Counted from the first letter of the stretch, positions 13,087 to 29,657 are shown. The stretch is 64,000 nucleotides of DNA from the human T2T-CHM13v2.0 reference genome, Homo sapiens (GCF_009914755.1 NC_060937.1), one strand, 5' to 3'. Notes: generated by a model from the letters alone, not told the origin. Translations and numbers: made by a program.

Positions 13087-14552
13087 CTAAATGAAACAAA
13101 GGAAGCGCTCACTAGCTAGCACTCAGTAAAAGGACATGTCTTGGTTTCCTCTGAAATTAAATCATACCCTATACATTTATACAATGAAAGGGTTGCCATC
13201 AGTTGATATGCAAAGGGATAAAAAGTTGTATCAAAACCTCAAACCTTATTAAACATAAATTCCTCAATGTCCAAAAGTTTATTTGAAGACAACAAATTCA
13301 TGAAAGTTAAAAACTAAACCTCTAGAGAATGTTTAAGAATCTCACAATAAGAAAAGTTTTTCCCTAAATTACAAAAAATCCAAAGGCATAACATAAAATA
13401 TTAATAAATTTGAATCCACTAAAAATTGGGTTTACACTCTGATATCTAACCTGTACACCACCCCATAGCAAGAGCCGTAGCTCTGGGTATCTTTGGACAG
13501 ATGAAATTTCCCAAAGATCTTCAAGTTCATTTTCCTGAGAATATTCTACAGATATTCTACTTATCTAACATATAATATTCTATAAGTATTCTACTTTTCT
13601 ATCATTTTTATAATGTTGTAATAGTTACATTTATTGATAAATGATCCATCAAGTCATTGTACTAAGCACTTCTACATACATCAATAAACTCATTTACCAC
13701 AACTCTGAAAAGGAGAGTTTACAAATAGAAGCAAGCTGCAAGATTTTCCCCAGGTCTTCTGATTCTACTTCTGGTGCTCCTCCCCAAAATCACTGTTCCT
13801 TCTGTGGTGTAAATATGTAAATACAAAAGAAGCTTATTTCTCCAAGACACCAATGGTAAATAGATGAATTTTACAGAGCTCTTCTTAGAAAATCATGAGA
13901 TTACTTGCTGTTTCAATAACTTTTGTTTCCTTCACAATGTTAGAAACAGTATTAAATGTGAGATAGGAGAAAACACTAAACTAGCTCACTAGGAACAAAA
14001 TACTACTTATCAATAAATTACCACTAAGTATACATTATGGTATCTTACTGTTTTGAAAAGCTTTTTGTACTGAAATAAGATACCACTTGGAGAAAACTGC
14101 TATTCTCAAAAGTGAGGAGAATCACATTCAAAATAATGGTCTCTGAATTGGCTGTACTTTCTTGCAAATAATAAACTAACCTCTCCACTAATAAATCAAG
14201 GGGATGAAATCACTTCCAAAAACTAGAACATCTATTGTTAGTAGCAAGGGTTTGGAGATAATGGGGAGATCATCAATTCCTATGGAAAATATTAAAAGCC
14301 TCTCCTTAGGATGAGGCCATCATGAGAGTCACTGCTTGACCACTGCACACAGATGGAGTTGAATTTAAAACATGACTTTATCCAGTGGCCAAAAATGCCA
14401 CCACCACCACTCCCCCCACAACTATATGGACACACACCAATGGTTTTAAAATATTCTATACTTGCCAAGATACATATGGTTGGATTTTAAATATATATAC
14501 ACATACAGATATGTATACGCACACATATTTGAGAATGACCGAAAGAAAATAC

Positions 14553-14690
14553 CTGAGAATTCCTTTTCCTTCGAGCCAGTGCTATCTCCTTTTGTTTGCA
14601 AAGGTGATTGGTCAGAATTTCATCTTGTAATATTCTGGCGTTCTGTTCCCGAGAAAGTTGCCTCTGGGTGTCATTTAGCTCTTGTACAAC
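14553..14690 (-). pseudogene. ANKRD26 exon-23 equivalent, open
   Basis: 138 bp; [46 protein letters not shown]; AG/GT. Confidence 0.93.
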
Positions 14691-15215
14691 CTAGAAATAC
14701 ATTAGATTTTTGGTCTAATAAACATTGAAAAAGAAGTCTAAAACATTAAGAGCAGAACCTTTAAAAAAACTATTTAATAAGTAGCCTATTAAAACATAAA
14801 AACCTTTTTCCTTGAAGAATTACACAGCTTTAATGGTATAAGTAACAGCTAAATTCATCAGAGTAAAAACATTTTTTTAAATACAAGCAGATATAGTATG
14901 GTGAGGTAAAATTTCTTCGCAACATATTTAACTAGTTTCAATACAGTTTTAAAGCTATTTATCCTGTCTTTTAACTTAAAAATGCCTAAATGAACATTTA
15001 TGTTAGTGATCAAACTCAACGCACCCTTTACTCAGGAAACATACTGAGCATCTATTTGATAACAATGATATAATAAGTAACTTTAGCTATAAATGTCATA
15101 GGTTATTTTTAATTTTTGATTTTTTAAGCCTAAGATATTAAAACAAAAGGATATTATAAGTAATACTGATGAAGTAAAATTAGAAATGGAAACTTTTTAC
15201 CACAGATGATTTTAC

Positions 15216-15399
15216 CTGGTTCAAATGATTTCTTACTGTCCTCAATTCCGTATCTCGTGTTCTCAGCGTCAGCTGAAGTTGTTTGTTTGCTTCAACTTCT
15301 TTCCTGTACTGCTCTTCTTTTCTTCTTAAGTGTCCCCTGATTTTTTCATACAATGCACTGGCATTTTTTCTCTTCTCTTCTTCTTGTCGTAAGGTAGAT
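15216..15399 (-). pseudogene. ANKRD26 exon-22 equivalent, open
   Basis: 184 bp; STLRQEEEKRKNASALYEKIRGHLRRKEEQYRKEVEANKQLQLTLRTRDTELRTVRNHLNQ. Confidence 0.93.
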
Positions 15400-16650
15400 C
15401 TGCAGTGAAATGTGTTTATCTTGATATTAGTTTCATTAGAAAATAAAAAGTTCATTTTGCAATCTGGCTCTCCACGTGTTGGTTGCTATCTTAGTAAAAT
15501 GTCTGTGCTTGTGAGTGTTTTTCCTTTCTAGTTCTTATATTTCCAATTTCTTACTTCCATCTCTTCCAAAGGATGTATACTTGAAAGGTAATGAGGAAAG
15601 AAAATCCTGGTAACTGGGAAGTTTCTGTTCCTAGTAACTCTGGCAAATATTATAGAAAAGGATATTGGAAATTATTCAGCAACATTACAGGTAGAAAAAT
15701 TAACTTTTTTTCCCCTATACAGTTGTAATTGCTCCTCAATTAGGGCAAGTAATTTAGAGTTAGCTAATTAAAAAGAATTTGCCATTTATAAGCATGTTTA
15801 TAAATTCACTAGAAATAAATGTTCATCTTCATGAAATAGTGCAGGTACCCCTAAAAATGATTTACAACGTAAAAGAGCACCTTCAGCTGCTTTTCACACA
15901 TGTATCAGCAGATTACTATAATGCAAGACTAGGTTAAGGAGTCTAATCCGCTACCCCACACTTTTGAGCTTTCTTTTTTGGGTGACACTTTGGACAGTAT
16001 GTGTTTTTCACATAGAACTCTGAATTAATTTTATCTGTGGAAAAGTGAGAGGTGTGGAATAAACTAATCTGAAATCACTTTCCATTTCAAGTTTTATTTC
16101 ATGCATAGTAAGAATAAAACTATAAATTTAAAAGAATTAATCTGAGTTTTTAAAAAATGGACATTTCATACTGTGTTGGCTAAACTGCAAGTTAATATAA
16201 ATTTTCTTGTGAACAACTGAGAAATAGTGACAAAGGCCATTTGTTAAAAGTTTTTATAATTGAACAACAAAAAAAATCTATATCGAAGAATTTATTCAAA
16301 GTAAATAACCAAAAATGTAGAAAAAGATTTGTATAAAAGATGTTCCTTGCAACATTATTTAAATACAAAAAACTTTAAAACCCCCAATTCAATTTGCTAA
16401 ACCAATGATGAGATTTCCATATGGTAAACTCCTATATAGTCATAAAAATGATGATTTAAAAGAGTAAGCAATTAGTTATTTGTAGAAGTATTCACAGTAA
16501 AGAACTTGTTATATCATATCAAAGAATTTCACACTGCAGAAGACTCAGAAGTTCTCTCCCCTGTTCAGCCCCAGAAGGTAAGTCAGTAATTACATATTTT
16601 TAGCATAAAGGAAATACTTCAACCATTTCTTTATAACTAGGGTGTCATGC

Positions 16651-16864
16651 CTCAAACTGTAGAAATCTCGTTCCCATTCATCACTTTGATGTTCTAACTG
16701 TAATTTTATTTCTGTTGTTTCAGATAACTCCTTTTGTAGTACATGGACCTCATTTTCCATTTTTTTCATTTTTACTGTAAGTAGTTCACAGTGATTTTTT
16801 TCAACTTCTATTGATCTTTCCCATGAATGAACTGCATCCTGAATTTTCAGTAGGTTAACAGGAT
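16651..16864 (-). pseudogene. ANKRD26 exon-21 equivalent, open, GC donor
   Basis: 214 bp; DPVNLLKIQDAVHSWERSIEVEKNHCELLTVKMKKMENEVHVLQKELSET...FYSLR; donor reads GAG|GCATGA. Confidence 0.92.
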
Positions 16865-17597
16865 CTGTATCAGAAAGAAAACAAGACAGACATGAGATAA
16901 ATTATAGGAAGAAAAAAATTCTACACAAACTCTCCCCAAAAAGTAAAGAGCAGGAGTACATCCCTATGCATTCTAAAATGCTAGCATTACTCTGAAAAAA
17001 ATCAGACTTTGATATTACAAAAAAATAATAATAAACAGCTCTCTTGGGAACATGGATAAAAAAATTCAACCAATTTTTTTTGTTTCACTTGTGATTGTAT
17101 TATTGATTTGAGATACTAAAGTAACACATTTCTAAAGCAACCTAAAAGAATTCATTATTTATGTGTGAGGCCAATCACAGTTCGTAACAGACAAAACCAA
17201 ATATGTCAACATTTTACAGCATTCTTCAAAGGAAATCATGATTCCCAGAATAGAAGAATATAGGAAAGTGTCCAATGCCCCAATTTTAAGCTCTGCCAGC
17301 CACTTCTTTAGTGAGACTCCAAATAAGTCCTAGACCTGCACATCAACCCATAACACTGGGTTGATGATATCTAACAGTTGCACAGTTTTACAAGATGCTA
17401 AGCATTTTCCTAAGAAAGCACCCTCACATGAACATAAAAACACCTTAAAATATAAAATACTATACACATATAAAACATTGCTATTATTGCATCTATACAG
17501 AATTTTCTCCAATTTGAATTGTTTTAGGGAGATGACCAATTAACTGGCCTGAGTTCCACAAATGATTTGCCTGTCTGTAAATCATGTTGTTTTAGGT

Positions 17598-17790
17598 CAG
17601 TAGTTCTTAATCTCGGCTTATCTGTCCCTCTTCAAACAGGGGAGTTAAATATTTAATCGGGGAGCTTTAAAAACCTCTGATGACTGGCTCTCCTACTCTC
17701 TCCTGCCCCCATATTCCAAGAATATTGGACTGGGGATTTCAAAACCTCTTCTGTGGGGATCTAACATGCAGCCAGTGTGGAGAACTACTG
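17598..17790. mobile_element. MER5-like DNA transposon remnant
   Basis: cagtagttcttaa...tgcagccagtgtggagaactactg termini. Confidence 0.6.
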
Positions 17791-20700
17791 TGTTAGGTGA
17801 GGGTAAGACTTGCCTTTGTAAGCCACTGTGAAAATTCCCTGTGCCTGACATGCCCCCTTCTTGTATCCCTTGTGTTTGGGTAGACCTTGTCATAAATACT
17901 TATCTCAATGACTCCTGGGCCACAGAACCTTGGGCATCTCTTTATGGCTAAGTGGTGTCTAAAAATGGGCCTTGGATCATTAAATCACAAAATCACACCT
18001 TCTTCCCATGGCAGGCGTTCTCATTGGTTACCGGCTAAAGAAAATTACCATGCAAGCAGGGAGATGCTGCCTGTCCCAATATTATAGATCTTTCCTTTAT
18101 TTGCTTTCGATCAGTACTTTTTTTGGCCTACTTCCTCAGTTTTATGTTTTCCTAAATATCCATTTCTTCTGTCCTGTCATTGATGGTATTTTAGCAGTAG
18201 GCTAGCTGTTACTAGCAACGTTCCAAACTCTGTTTGAGGAGGGGGAGATAAGCACACCATTACCCCACAAGGTAGGGCGTCAGATTCAGTGCTTCTGCAG
18301 TTAACAGAATAAAAGGGACAGTGAGCCAACAGCTCCAATGCCACCTTTGCTTCATCATTTAAACAAACCACTATTTTAGATAAGGAAATTTATGTTGGAT
18401 TCTCAGGACAGCCATTGATTATTATTCATTCTGACACAGTCTCGTTAATATAGTCATCCATGCATCTTTGTCAGGGCATCTGTGATGGAGTGTTTAGTTA
18501 GTTCCTTTTGAAATAAGGCAGATTTGGTGCAGTATCAAAAATTGATGGATGTCTTATCCTCATTCATTCAAACAACAAACTATCTAAATGACCTAAAATA
18601 TACTTGGTGCTCACATAGTCTGCTTTTGGAGAATCAAAATCACAACTCTCGCTGTCCAGTCAAATGCCAAAAAGCAACAATTATGCACCTACTATGCCAA
18701 GACTCTTTGTCCAGTTGAGTTAAAATCATCTGTTTGTTTTTGTGGTGCTAAGGACTGCATTCACTGAGATTAATGCGGCCCGTCCAACTTGAACAGGCCA
18801 CCTCATTAATCTAAAAAGAATAAAACATGTGACATGGACTGCTGTTGTTTGCAAACATTTAAAAGTAGAAAAGCAAGTGATGAAATTGAGGCTGGCAACC
18901 CTGCACGCTCAGGACTGGCTGTTTTCTGGAGGAGGGAATGACACTGAGTCCTCTCATTCCAGGGAATCCTAGGTAATTGCTGGAGGCAAAGTCTGAATGG
19001 CAGTCTTCACTTGCCTGGTAGGGCATGCTTTGACAGACCACCATCATTTATGGGGCCAAGCTGGTGGATGAGGTGTTCTAGCAGAAATAGCAATAAAACT
19101 GAAAACTGAAGAAATGTCTGTTGTTACAGTAAAGTCAACTTTAAGGAATGTCCCTGAAGAGAGTAGAAACTTTATCTATCACTAGCAAAATAAACTCTCA
19201 TGTGAAGAACTTCTTCCCATATAGAAAACAGGTAGCCATGAAGTAACACATGATTATAAAGCTATTGAAGATGTTTGCCCAAGGTGGCCTCATAGCATAG
19301 TGACTTGCTTCTGTCTGCCTGTCTTCACTCTCTTGGTTCAGCAGTTCAGTAAAACAGTTATGAGCAACATGCCCTACATTATCGCAAAAGTGCTCCACTA
19401 TAAAACTATAAAAGCATGATAAACAGTATCATGATAAGTACCATAATAGAAACATAATATTCTTCTTGCCACAGTTCCTGCAAAAGTGGGGAAAACCTCC
19501 CAGGTGGTGACCTTCAGGCAAAACAGGCAGTAAAAGGCATTTTTAGAATCACACACATCCTACCAAGGGAAAGGAAACAGCCATAGAAAAACAAATAATG
19601 TAGCTAGTAGAAGCACATCACACTCCAGGCTAGAAGACAATTTTGCAAGACTCAATGCCACAGAAAGCCCACACTGTGTTTCTACTCTGACAAAAATGAG
19701 GAATAACACAAACATTTAAAGGTATTCATTCCAGAGGTCCAAATAACAGGTTCAGAGTCAGCAATCCGAATGCTGCTCTTTCCTCCCATAATGGGTTTTC
19801 ACTGTGACACAGCCAACAGTCTCTCTCTGGGCAATGATTTAGGGCGTAGGTTCAATTTTGCTGGAATCAGGAGAGACTTCACGCCGACACATTCTTTCTC
19901 AAAGAGGGGTTCTTTTGATTAGTAAAACAAAATAAGCTACTAGATGTAAAGCAAGTAATCTTACAGACTAATGGGATTCATTCTGCATATGAGGAACCCT
20001 ACGTACGAATTCAGCTTCTGTGTGTGTGACTGTGTTCTAATACTCATTACACTAGAAAAACAGGCCATAGTTCTATATGCATTTTTCCATATGTGCTGAA
20101 ACATGGTCAGGTCCCATCTGCAAATTTACCTTTAGAAATTAGCTGTAAAGCTCATCCTTATATTCCACCCCTTGTGAAAAGCTGAAAAGCAGATTGGTAC
20201 CTCACCATTAAAGACTGCAAAAGCACTACTGACTCTGAAATGCTTCATACTCTTGTAAAGTATATCCTTATACTTGCTGTAATAAATACTTTGATTTATA
20301 GATTAATGTTTGTGACAGCTGGCATCATCCAGTTTACCCATGCCAGGGGACGCTGTGGAAATAGGACTAATTAACATTTGCATTTCAGCTTCGGCTACCC
20401 TAGCAGGTAGGATAAAGGTCTTGGAGAGGAAGGATGACCAGTAGTGTAACTCTTAAAGTATCCCTTAATCTGTTGGCCTCTCTAAGGCTTACAGAATTAT
20501 ACAAGGTTCAGTATGTCCATATTTTATTCCTAATAGCTAGTACCAAGTATGCTGGAACAAATGTCTAATTTGAATGAAGTTTAATTACAAAAAGGTTCTC
20601 CATTTCAAGACAAAATCTAAAAGAGTAAATCAAACTCAAGCTCAACTCAGGCCCAAGATGGCTCCACTGCTGAGAACTGAATTGCCACCATATTCGTCCA

Positions 20701-21357
20701 GTGGTCAGCACTGCTCAAGAGCAGGCTTCTAGTACTGCCTGGGATCCAGAGAGTAGAGCAGGGGAGTCCTGGGACCATGTACTCCCTATCTATAGTAGGC
20801 AGATTTCCATTTCAGAGCTGAACATTTGAGGACAGCTGCTGAGGCAAAATGCTTGTGTGTAGCCAGAAATAGTAACCCTAAGGTTCTTGGGAAATCACAT
20901 TTTGTAGTGTTGGACTAGGCAGACTGGTTTAGGTATTCCACAACTGGAAAGACGGGCACAGCTCGTCTGGGCCACTTAGTTTGCCAGAATGGAGCCCGAA
21001 TCCTCTTCAAAGGATATGTACCTGTAGAAGCTGCTGGTAGTGGGACTAGTTGGGGTTAGGGGGTGAGAGTTAAAGTTTTGTTCCCTGATTCTAGAAGACA
21101 GGAATCATACTTGTAATCCCAGAAGGTGATCAGAAATGTTATTTTAAAACTCAAAAACAGATCCACAGACCACCGACTACAGTGACAGTAAGTTTGGGGC
21201 AGGCTCTTTAAGTGCAGAAGGTTCCCTGCCTTCGTGAAAACATCTTATGTCTTGGCAACTGGCTACCTTCATATACTGATTCCTTTTTCACAAATAATGC
21301 AGGAAAAAGATTGTATATTCTCCCGGAAATAATTGTCCATTTGTCTCACAAGATTAG

Positions 21358-22368
21358 GGCTCACTGACAATGCACCTAAGTTAGCCAAGAGCTCTGATGA
21401 AGATGTACAAGAATAATGTTGTTTCCATGCCTAACACATCTATTCTGTAGTCCATGCATAAATGTGTAATTGTGACTTTCAAACTCTAATTATTTAAGAA
21501 ATATGTTTTGTAAGGTTACAGTTGCCATAGTCCTTTATATATAAAGTTGCCATAATCCTTCAGGAAAGGATTCACCATTTTAGATGCCAGTAAGAACATT
21601 CACGATTCATGGGAGAAAGTAAAAATATCAACATTAACAGGTGTTTGGAAGTTGACTCCAACTCTCACGAGTGGCTCTGAGGGGTTCAAGGTTCCAGTGG
21701 AGGAATATACTGCAGAAGTGGAGCCTGAAGATGTGACTGAATTGCTGCAATCTCATGCTAAAACTTGAAGAGAAAAGGAGGTACTTATGGATGAGTAAAG
21801 AAAGTGGTTTCTTGAGATGGGATCTACTTATGGTGAAGATGCTGTGAACACTGTCAAAATGACAAAAAAGGATTTAGAAAATTCCATAAATTTAGTTGTA
21901 AAGCAGCAGCAGGGTATGAGAGGATTGACTCAAACTTTGAAAGAAGTTCTACTGTGGGCAAAATGCTATCAAGCAGCACTCCATGCTACAGGGAAATCTT
22001 TTGGAAAGAAAGAGTCAATCAAGTGGCAAAGTCCATTGCATTATGCCAAGAAACTGCCACAGCCACCCAACCTTCCAGAAACTACCACCCTGATCACTCA
22101 GCAGCCATCAACTTTGAGGCAAGACCCTCTACCACTAAAAAGATTACAACATGCTAAGGGCTCAGAAGATCTTTGGCATTTTCTGACAATATTTTAAAAT
22201 TAAGGTAGGTATATTTTAAAGATACAATGCTATTGAAACACATTATAGACTATAGGATAACTTATATATGCATCAGGAAACTAAAAATTTTGTGATTTGC
22301 TTTATTGTGATATTTGCTTTATTGCCGTGGTCTGAAACCAAACCCACAATATCTCTAAGGTATGTCTG
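21358..22368 (+). mobile_element. Tigger1 (TcMar-Tigger) 3' portion
   Basis: gagcctgaagatgtgactgaattgctgcaatctcatg; [17 protein letters not shown]; ends ...aaggtatgtctg/TA. Confidence 0.92.
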
Positions 22369-22419
22369 TATAAGTTCCTAAGCATAGTATGGGGGCATAT
22401 CTAACTAATGTGTACCATT

Positions 22420-23035
22420 TTAAGTAGTGGCTGTTCTTGAATTTACACTTTCACATGATTTTAGAATCAGTTTGACTAGCTCTAAGTCCTGTTGAAAGTT
22501 TTAAAACAGGACTGAAATGAATTCTTTACAACATAATCTTCCCATTCATGGCCATGATATTCTTCTCCATTATTCAAGTTTTCTTATCTATCTTTCAAAA
22601 AAGGACATAAGACACTAGCATATTTCTTGTTAGGCTTTTCCTAGGTAATTTTTAATTGCTATTATAAATAGTATCCATTTTTCCCATAAAATATTTCTAT
22701 ATGTTTGTATATTAATCTTGTACTGTTACCTTTTTCAACTCTATTGGTTCTGATAACTTGTCAGTTGTCTACCTTTCATCTTCTAGGTAAATATTTCTTA
22801 CAAATAATGAGATTTGCTCTTACTTTCCAATTTATCTCATTACTTTTACTTGTCTTACTGCACTGGCTAGGACACCCAAGAATACTATTGAATAGAAGTT
22901 GTAGAGGGTATCCTTGTTTGATCCCTGAAAAGAATTCTTCTAGCATTTTACCCTTGTATATGATGATTGCTAGAGATAACTTTGAACAAGTTAACAAATT
23001 TCTAGTTTGATAAGTTATTTTTTTAACCAAATATG
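22420..23035 (-). mobile_element. Ancient L1 (L1ME-like) ORF2 fragment
   Basis: GIKQGYPLQLLFNSIL degenerate RT motif. Confidence 0.7.
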
Positions 23036-23706
23036 GTGTGGTGGTTTTAAATGTAATCTACTCCAGTTAAAGACTATGACAGTCTATTATTATCACTATC
23101 CAAACTCATGAATAACGAACAGTATGTAACAAATAATGCTATATGTTTTACTTTAGCACCCAGGCAGCTCAAAACCGAACTATCTGAATATAACAACTCT
23201 ACAGAGCATAGACTGCTCATCTATACGACATTGACACTATTCCCTCCCCCAAAATACCACCTTTTCTAATTTATATTATTCTAAATATTTTTCTCTTATT
23301 TTTCTATTTTATTGAGTGGATTTCCTATCAATTGCCATAAATTTTTAATGGAATAAGATAAAGTATAAATAAAAACTTAAAAAAAAGTGGCTACCTTTGG
23401 ATTTAAAGTGAAAAATGTGATACGACCAGGATAGTATATCACATGGAGATCTAACACTATGACTAACAAACCTATTGGGTGATGTGAATTAACAATCTGG
23501 TTCAGAGGAAATCAAGTATTTAAGCTGAGGTCTGCTTATACACATGGTTAAACTTATTTGTCATGAACCTGCCATTAGTAAATACATGTTAATTTCATGC
23601 AATTAAAAAGAAACCCAGAAACCATTAGCATTTTGATTAATACATGATTAATAAAAGTTTGTTGAACATACAATCTTAAATCATTATAAATTCTTTTTGA
23701 AAGGTA

Positions 23707-24018
23707 GGCTGGGTGCAGTGGCTCACACCTGTAATCCTAACACTTTGGGAGGCCACGGAGGGTAAAAAGATTGAACTCAGAAGTTCAAGGCCAGCCTGGG
23801 CAACATAGTAGGACGCCATTTTTACAAAAAATACAAATAATAGCCAGGCATGGTGGTGGGCACCTATAGTCCCAGATACATGGGAGGCTGAGGTGGAAGG
23901 ATCACTTGAGCTCAGAAGGTCTTGGCTCCAGTGAGCCAAGATTGCACCACTGCACTACACACCAGCCTGGGCAACAGAGCAAAACCCTATCTCAAAAAAA
24001 AAATAAAAAAATAAAAAA
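23707..24018 (+). mobile_element. AluJ-like SINE
   Basis: Dimeric Alu, A-rich tail. Confidence 0.92.
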
Positions 24019-24605
24019 TTCATACTGATCTTATTATTGAGTGATAAAACTAAAAAGAAATCACCTCTCCCAACAAAAATGTAAACAGGACCCATAATTT
24101 ATGATTTGATTCTTTCCTTTGTCCAGCCTTTAACATACATGTTTCTGTAATTTAAATAAAAATTTATGTACTTTTTCCATTTTAGCAAATAGTTTCTTTA
24201 CTGAAACAGGTTGCACCATAGTCCCCATATGGTTTTCTACTGTTCCACAACCACTATTTCACAAAGATTGACAAAACTTGTATCAAAGTTAAATTTATAG
24301 ACATCTTAAGGTATCTTAGGAAATATGTAGTAAAAAAGAATCAAGTCCACAAATTATGAATATTTTGCTAATACACCAAACACCAATTTCAGCAAATCCA
24401 ATCTACTTAACTTGTATGTTTAATGTGGTAATTTTTCTAACAAAATTTAATGGGGGTATGAATGATATATTTACACCCTTGACAAAGATGACATGTGTGA
24501 TTTTGTTGTGACGAAGAAAGGAGAGTATGATTTCTGGTGATTATTATATTACTCTGGCTCATCAAAGCTCACAGAATATGTAAGGTTCTGCCACATCCAA
24601 AGGTG

Positions 24606-25646
<1,041 letters not shown>

Positions 25647-25794
25647 TTAGCCCGGGAAGACTCAACTCATGACTTCCGGGTGCCCAGCTGCTCTGCTTTC
25701 AGGGCGTCCCCACGCCACCACCACGCGGACGCAGCAGCCATGGGGAAGTCGCTGCAATGGCCGCCAGCCGATGCCCTTCCTTCAACCAATTTTA

Positions 25795-26385
25795 TAAGCA
25801 ACCAAGATATCCTCCGTAGGTGAATGAATAAACTGTGGTACAGCCACACAGTGAAATATTCAGGGGTTAAAAAAAAGGGGCTATTAAGCCATGAAAACAC
25901 ATAAAGGAGCCCTCAATGCACATCACCAAGTAAAAGAAGCCAATTTGAAAAGTCTACTTACTGTGTGGTTCCAACTATATGACATTCTGGAAAAGGCAAG
26001 ACTATGGATGTAATAGAAAGATCAGTGGTTGCCAAAGACTTGAGGAGGGTAGGAAAGGACAAATAGGCAGAACACAGAGCATTTTTAGGGAAGTGGAAAC
26101 ACTTTGTGTGATACTATAATGATGGATACATGTCATTATACCTTTGTTCAAACCCAGAAAATGTACACCACCAAAAGTGAACCCTAATGTAGACTATGAA
26201 CTTGGGGTGATTATGATGTGTCCATGTAGGTTCATCCATCATTGCAACTGTATCTAACTGGTGAGGGATATCGATAATGGAGAGGCTACGCATGTAGTGG
26301 GGGGTGCATATGGGAAATCTCTCTGTACCTTCCTCTCAATTTTGAAGTGAACCCGAAACTGCTCTAAAACTGATCTTTAAAAAAT
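25795..26385 (+). mobile_element. L1MC1/2-like 3' end
   Basis: aagcaaccaagat...tgacattctggaaaaggcaa...gtgaaccctaatgta. Confidence 0.85.
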
Positions 26386-26854
26386 TCTAAACAAAACTTT
26401 TAACAAATTGAATCCAATGATATATTAAAAGGATAATATATCATAAGCTAATGTGGTTTATCTCAGAAATGCAGGGTTGGTTTCACATTCAAAATTCACT
26501 GTTACTCATCACATTAACAAACTAACAAGAACTATATGATCCTCTCAGTACATAGAGACATTTGATAAAATTAAACATTTATTACTGATTAAGACCAAAA
26601 AAACCTCTCAGAAAACTAAGAATACAAGAGAACTTCCTTAGCATGATAAAGAACATCTAGGATAAACCTACAGCTAACATGTGTCATGATGAGAAACAGA
26701 ATGCTTTTCCCATAAGATCAGGAACAACACAGGGATGTCTGCTTTCACTACTTTTATTCAGTGCATTGAAGATTCTAGCCTATGCATTCAGGCAAGAAAA
26801 AGAAATAAAATGGAAGAAAGAGATGAAACTAAATTTACAACCATGATCACATAA

Positions 26855-27085
26855 TAGGGGTGAGTAAACTTCAACCTGTGGGACACCTTCTTGTTTTCAT
26901 AAATCAAGTTTTACTGGAGCACAGCTATGTTCATTAATTTACGTATTGTCTATGTCTGCTCTCATACTAACAGTGGAGGAGTTGATTAGCTGCAACAGCA
27001 TCTGTTTTGCCGCAAATCTTAGAATATTTACTGTCTTTAATAAGAGCATACTTCGAGAAAGAAAAGGCTTGACAACCTTTGATCT
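26855..27085 (+). mobile_element. MER58A-like DNA transposon
   Basis: aggggtgagtaaact...aagttttactggagcacagc...aatatttactgtc. Confidence 0.7.
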
Positions 27086-27164
27086 ATGGAGAAAATCTTA
27101 TCCAATCTACTAAAAAATAGTACACAAAAAGCAAAAGCCGTTATTGAACAAACAGGTCAATTGA

Positions 27165-28161
<997 letters not shown>

Positions 28162-28319
28162 TTTTTAAAACCTCTCTTTAAAAAATATTAAGAGAATGAA
28201 AAATGAAGCCACAAACTGGGAAAAAAATTCTTGCAAAAATCATAGCCAATAAAGGAATAGAATCCAGAATACATAAAGAACTCTTAAAACTCAACAAATA
28301 AGAAAACAACAGCATAATT

Positions 28320-28657
28320 TATTTATTTATTTTAATCTTTAAAAATTTTCCCAAAAGTTATTGGAGTACAGGTGGTATTTGTTTACATGAGTATGTTCTT
28401 TAGTGGTCATTTGTGAGATCCTGGTGCACCCATTACCTGAGCAGTATACGCTGCACCATGTATGTTGTCTTTTATCCCTTGCCCTCCTCCCACTCTTCCC
28501 CACAAGCCCCTAAAGTCCATTGTATCATTCTTATGCCTTTGTGCCCTCATAGCTTAGCTCCCACATCTCTGTGAGAACATGTGATGCTTGGTTTCCCATT
28601 CCTGAGTTACTTCACTTAGAATAATAGTCTCCAGTCTCATCCAGGTCATTGCAAATA
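28320..28657 (-). mobile_element. L1PB-like 3' end
   Basis: gttattggagtacaggtggtatttg...ctttagtggtcatttgtgagat; flanked by cagcat repeats. Confidence 0.85.
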
Positions 28658-29657
28658 CCAGCATGATATTTTAAATGGCAATGGATTTGAAAAGACAGTT
28701 CTCCAAAGATACAGATGGCAAATAAGCACATGAAATGATACTCAACATTAGTAGTCATTAAGGTAACGTGCATTAAAACCATAATAGTATGCACAATACA
28801 CATCCATCAGAAAGGCAAAAAAAAAATTTTAAATACCCAGAAGTCCATAGTGTATGTGACAATACAGAGCAAGTGGAGCTCTCGTTTACTGCTGATGGGA
28901 ATGGATAATGGTACAAATACTTTGAAAAACAATTTAGCAGTTTCTTAATAAGAGGATATGCAGAGGTATCAGGAGACTTTAGCAGGTGATGGATATGTTA
29001 ACTATCTCCATTACGGTGATGATTTCACAAGTGTGTACGTATGTCAAAACTTACCAAATTCTACATCATATACATGTGCCCTTTATCAAATATCAACTAT
29101 ATATCACTAAAGCTACTGATAGCAGGGCCACACATCTAAGACAGTGGCTGGGACACAAACAGAAAGAAGAGTATGAAATGATGCTGCAGACAGCTGGAAA
29201 ACTGAGATCTTTAACCTTATAGCAATGAGAGTAATAGCTAGGTTTCAAGCAAAAAGTCCTTTCAAGCAAAAGGACAGCATGAACAGATCTGAATTTTAAA
29301 AAACATATAATTATGGTTGCCTAATAGACATGATTTAGGAAGGTGGGATAATAAGGAAAACAGTTCAGAAGTTATTGCAGTATTCTAGGTAGTGGACAAT
29401 GGTAACCTGACCTTGAGGAAAGGCACAGGAGAGAAGCAGAGTCCTTCACATGAAGTACAGTGGAATTATCACAGCTCTTGGGCTGAGAGTGCATAATATA
29501 CAATCATTCTTACTCTATTTTGACATAAGGCATCCTTCTGAGATGAACGTCACTATAACACCTAAGCACTCTATAGAGCAGTGCTAAGCAAAGTGTGCAC
29601 ACATTAATACAGGATACATAAAAAGACCTTTTATTTATGTAATGGTAATGGTCCTAC

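Noticed and set aside
21817-22197. 126-aa ORF
   Set aside because: Part of the Tigger1 fossil.
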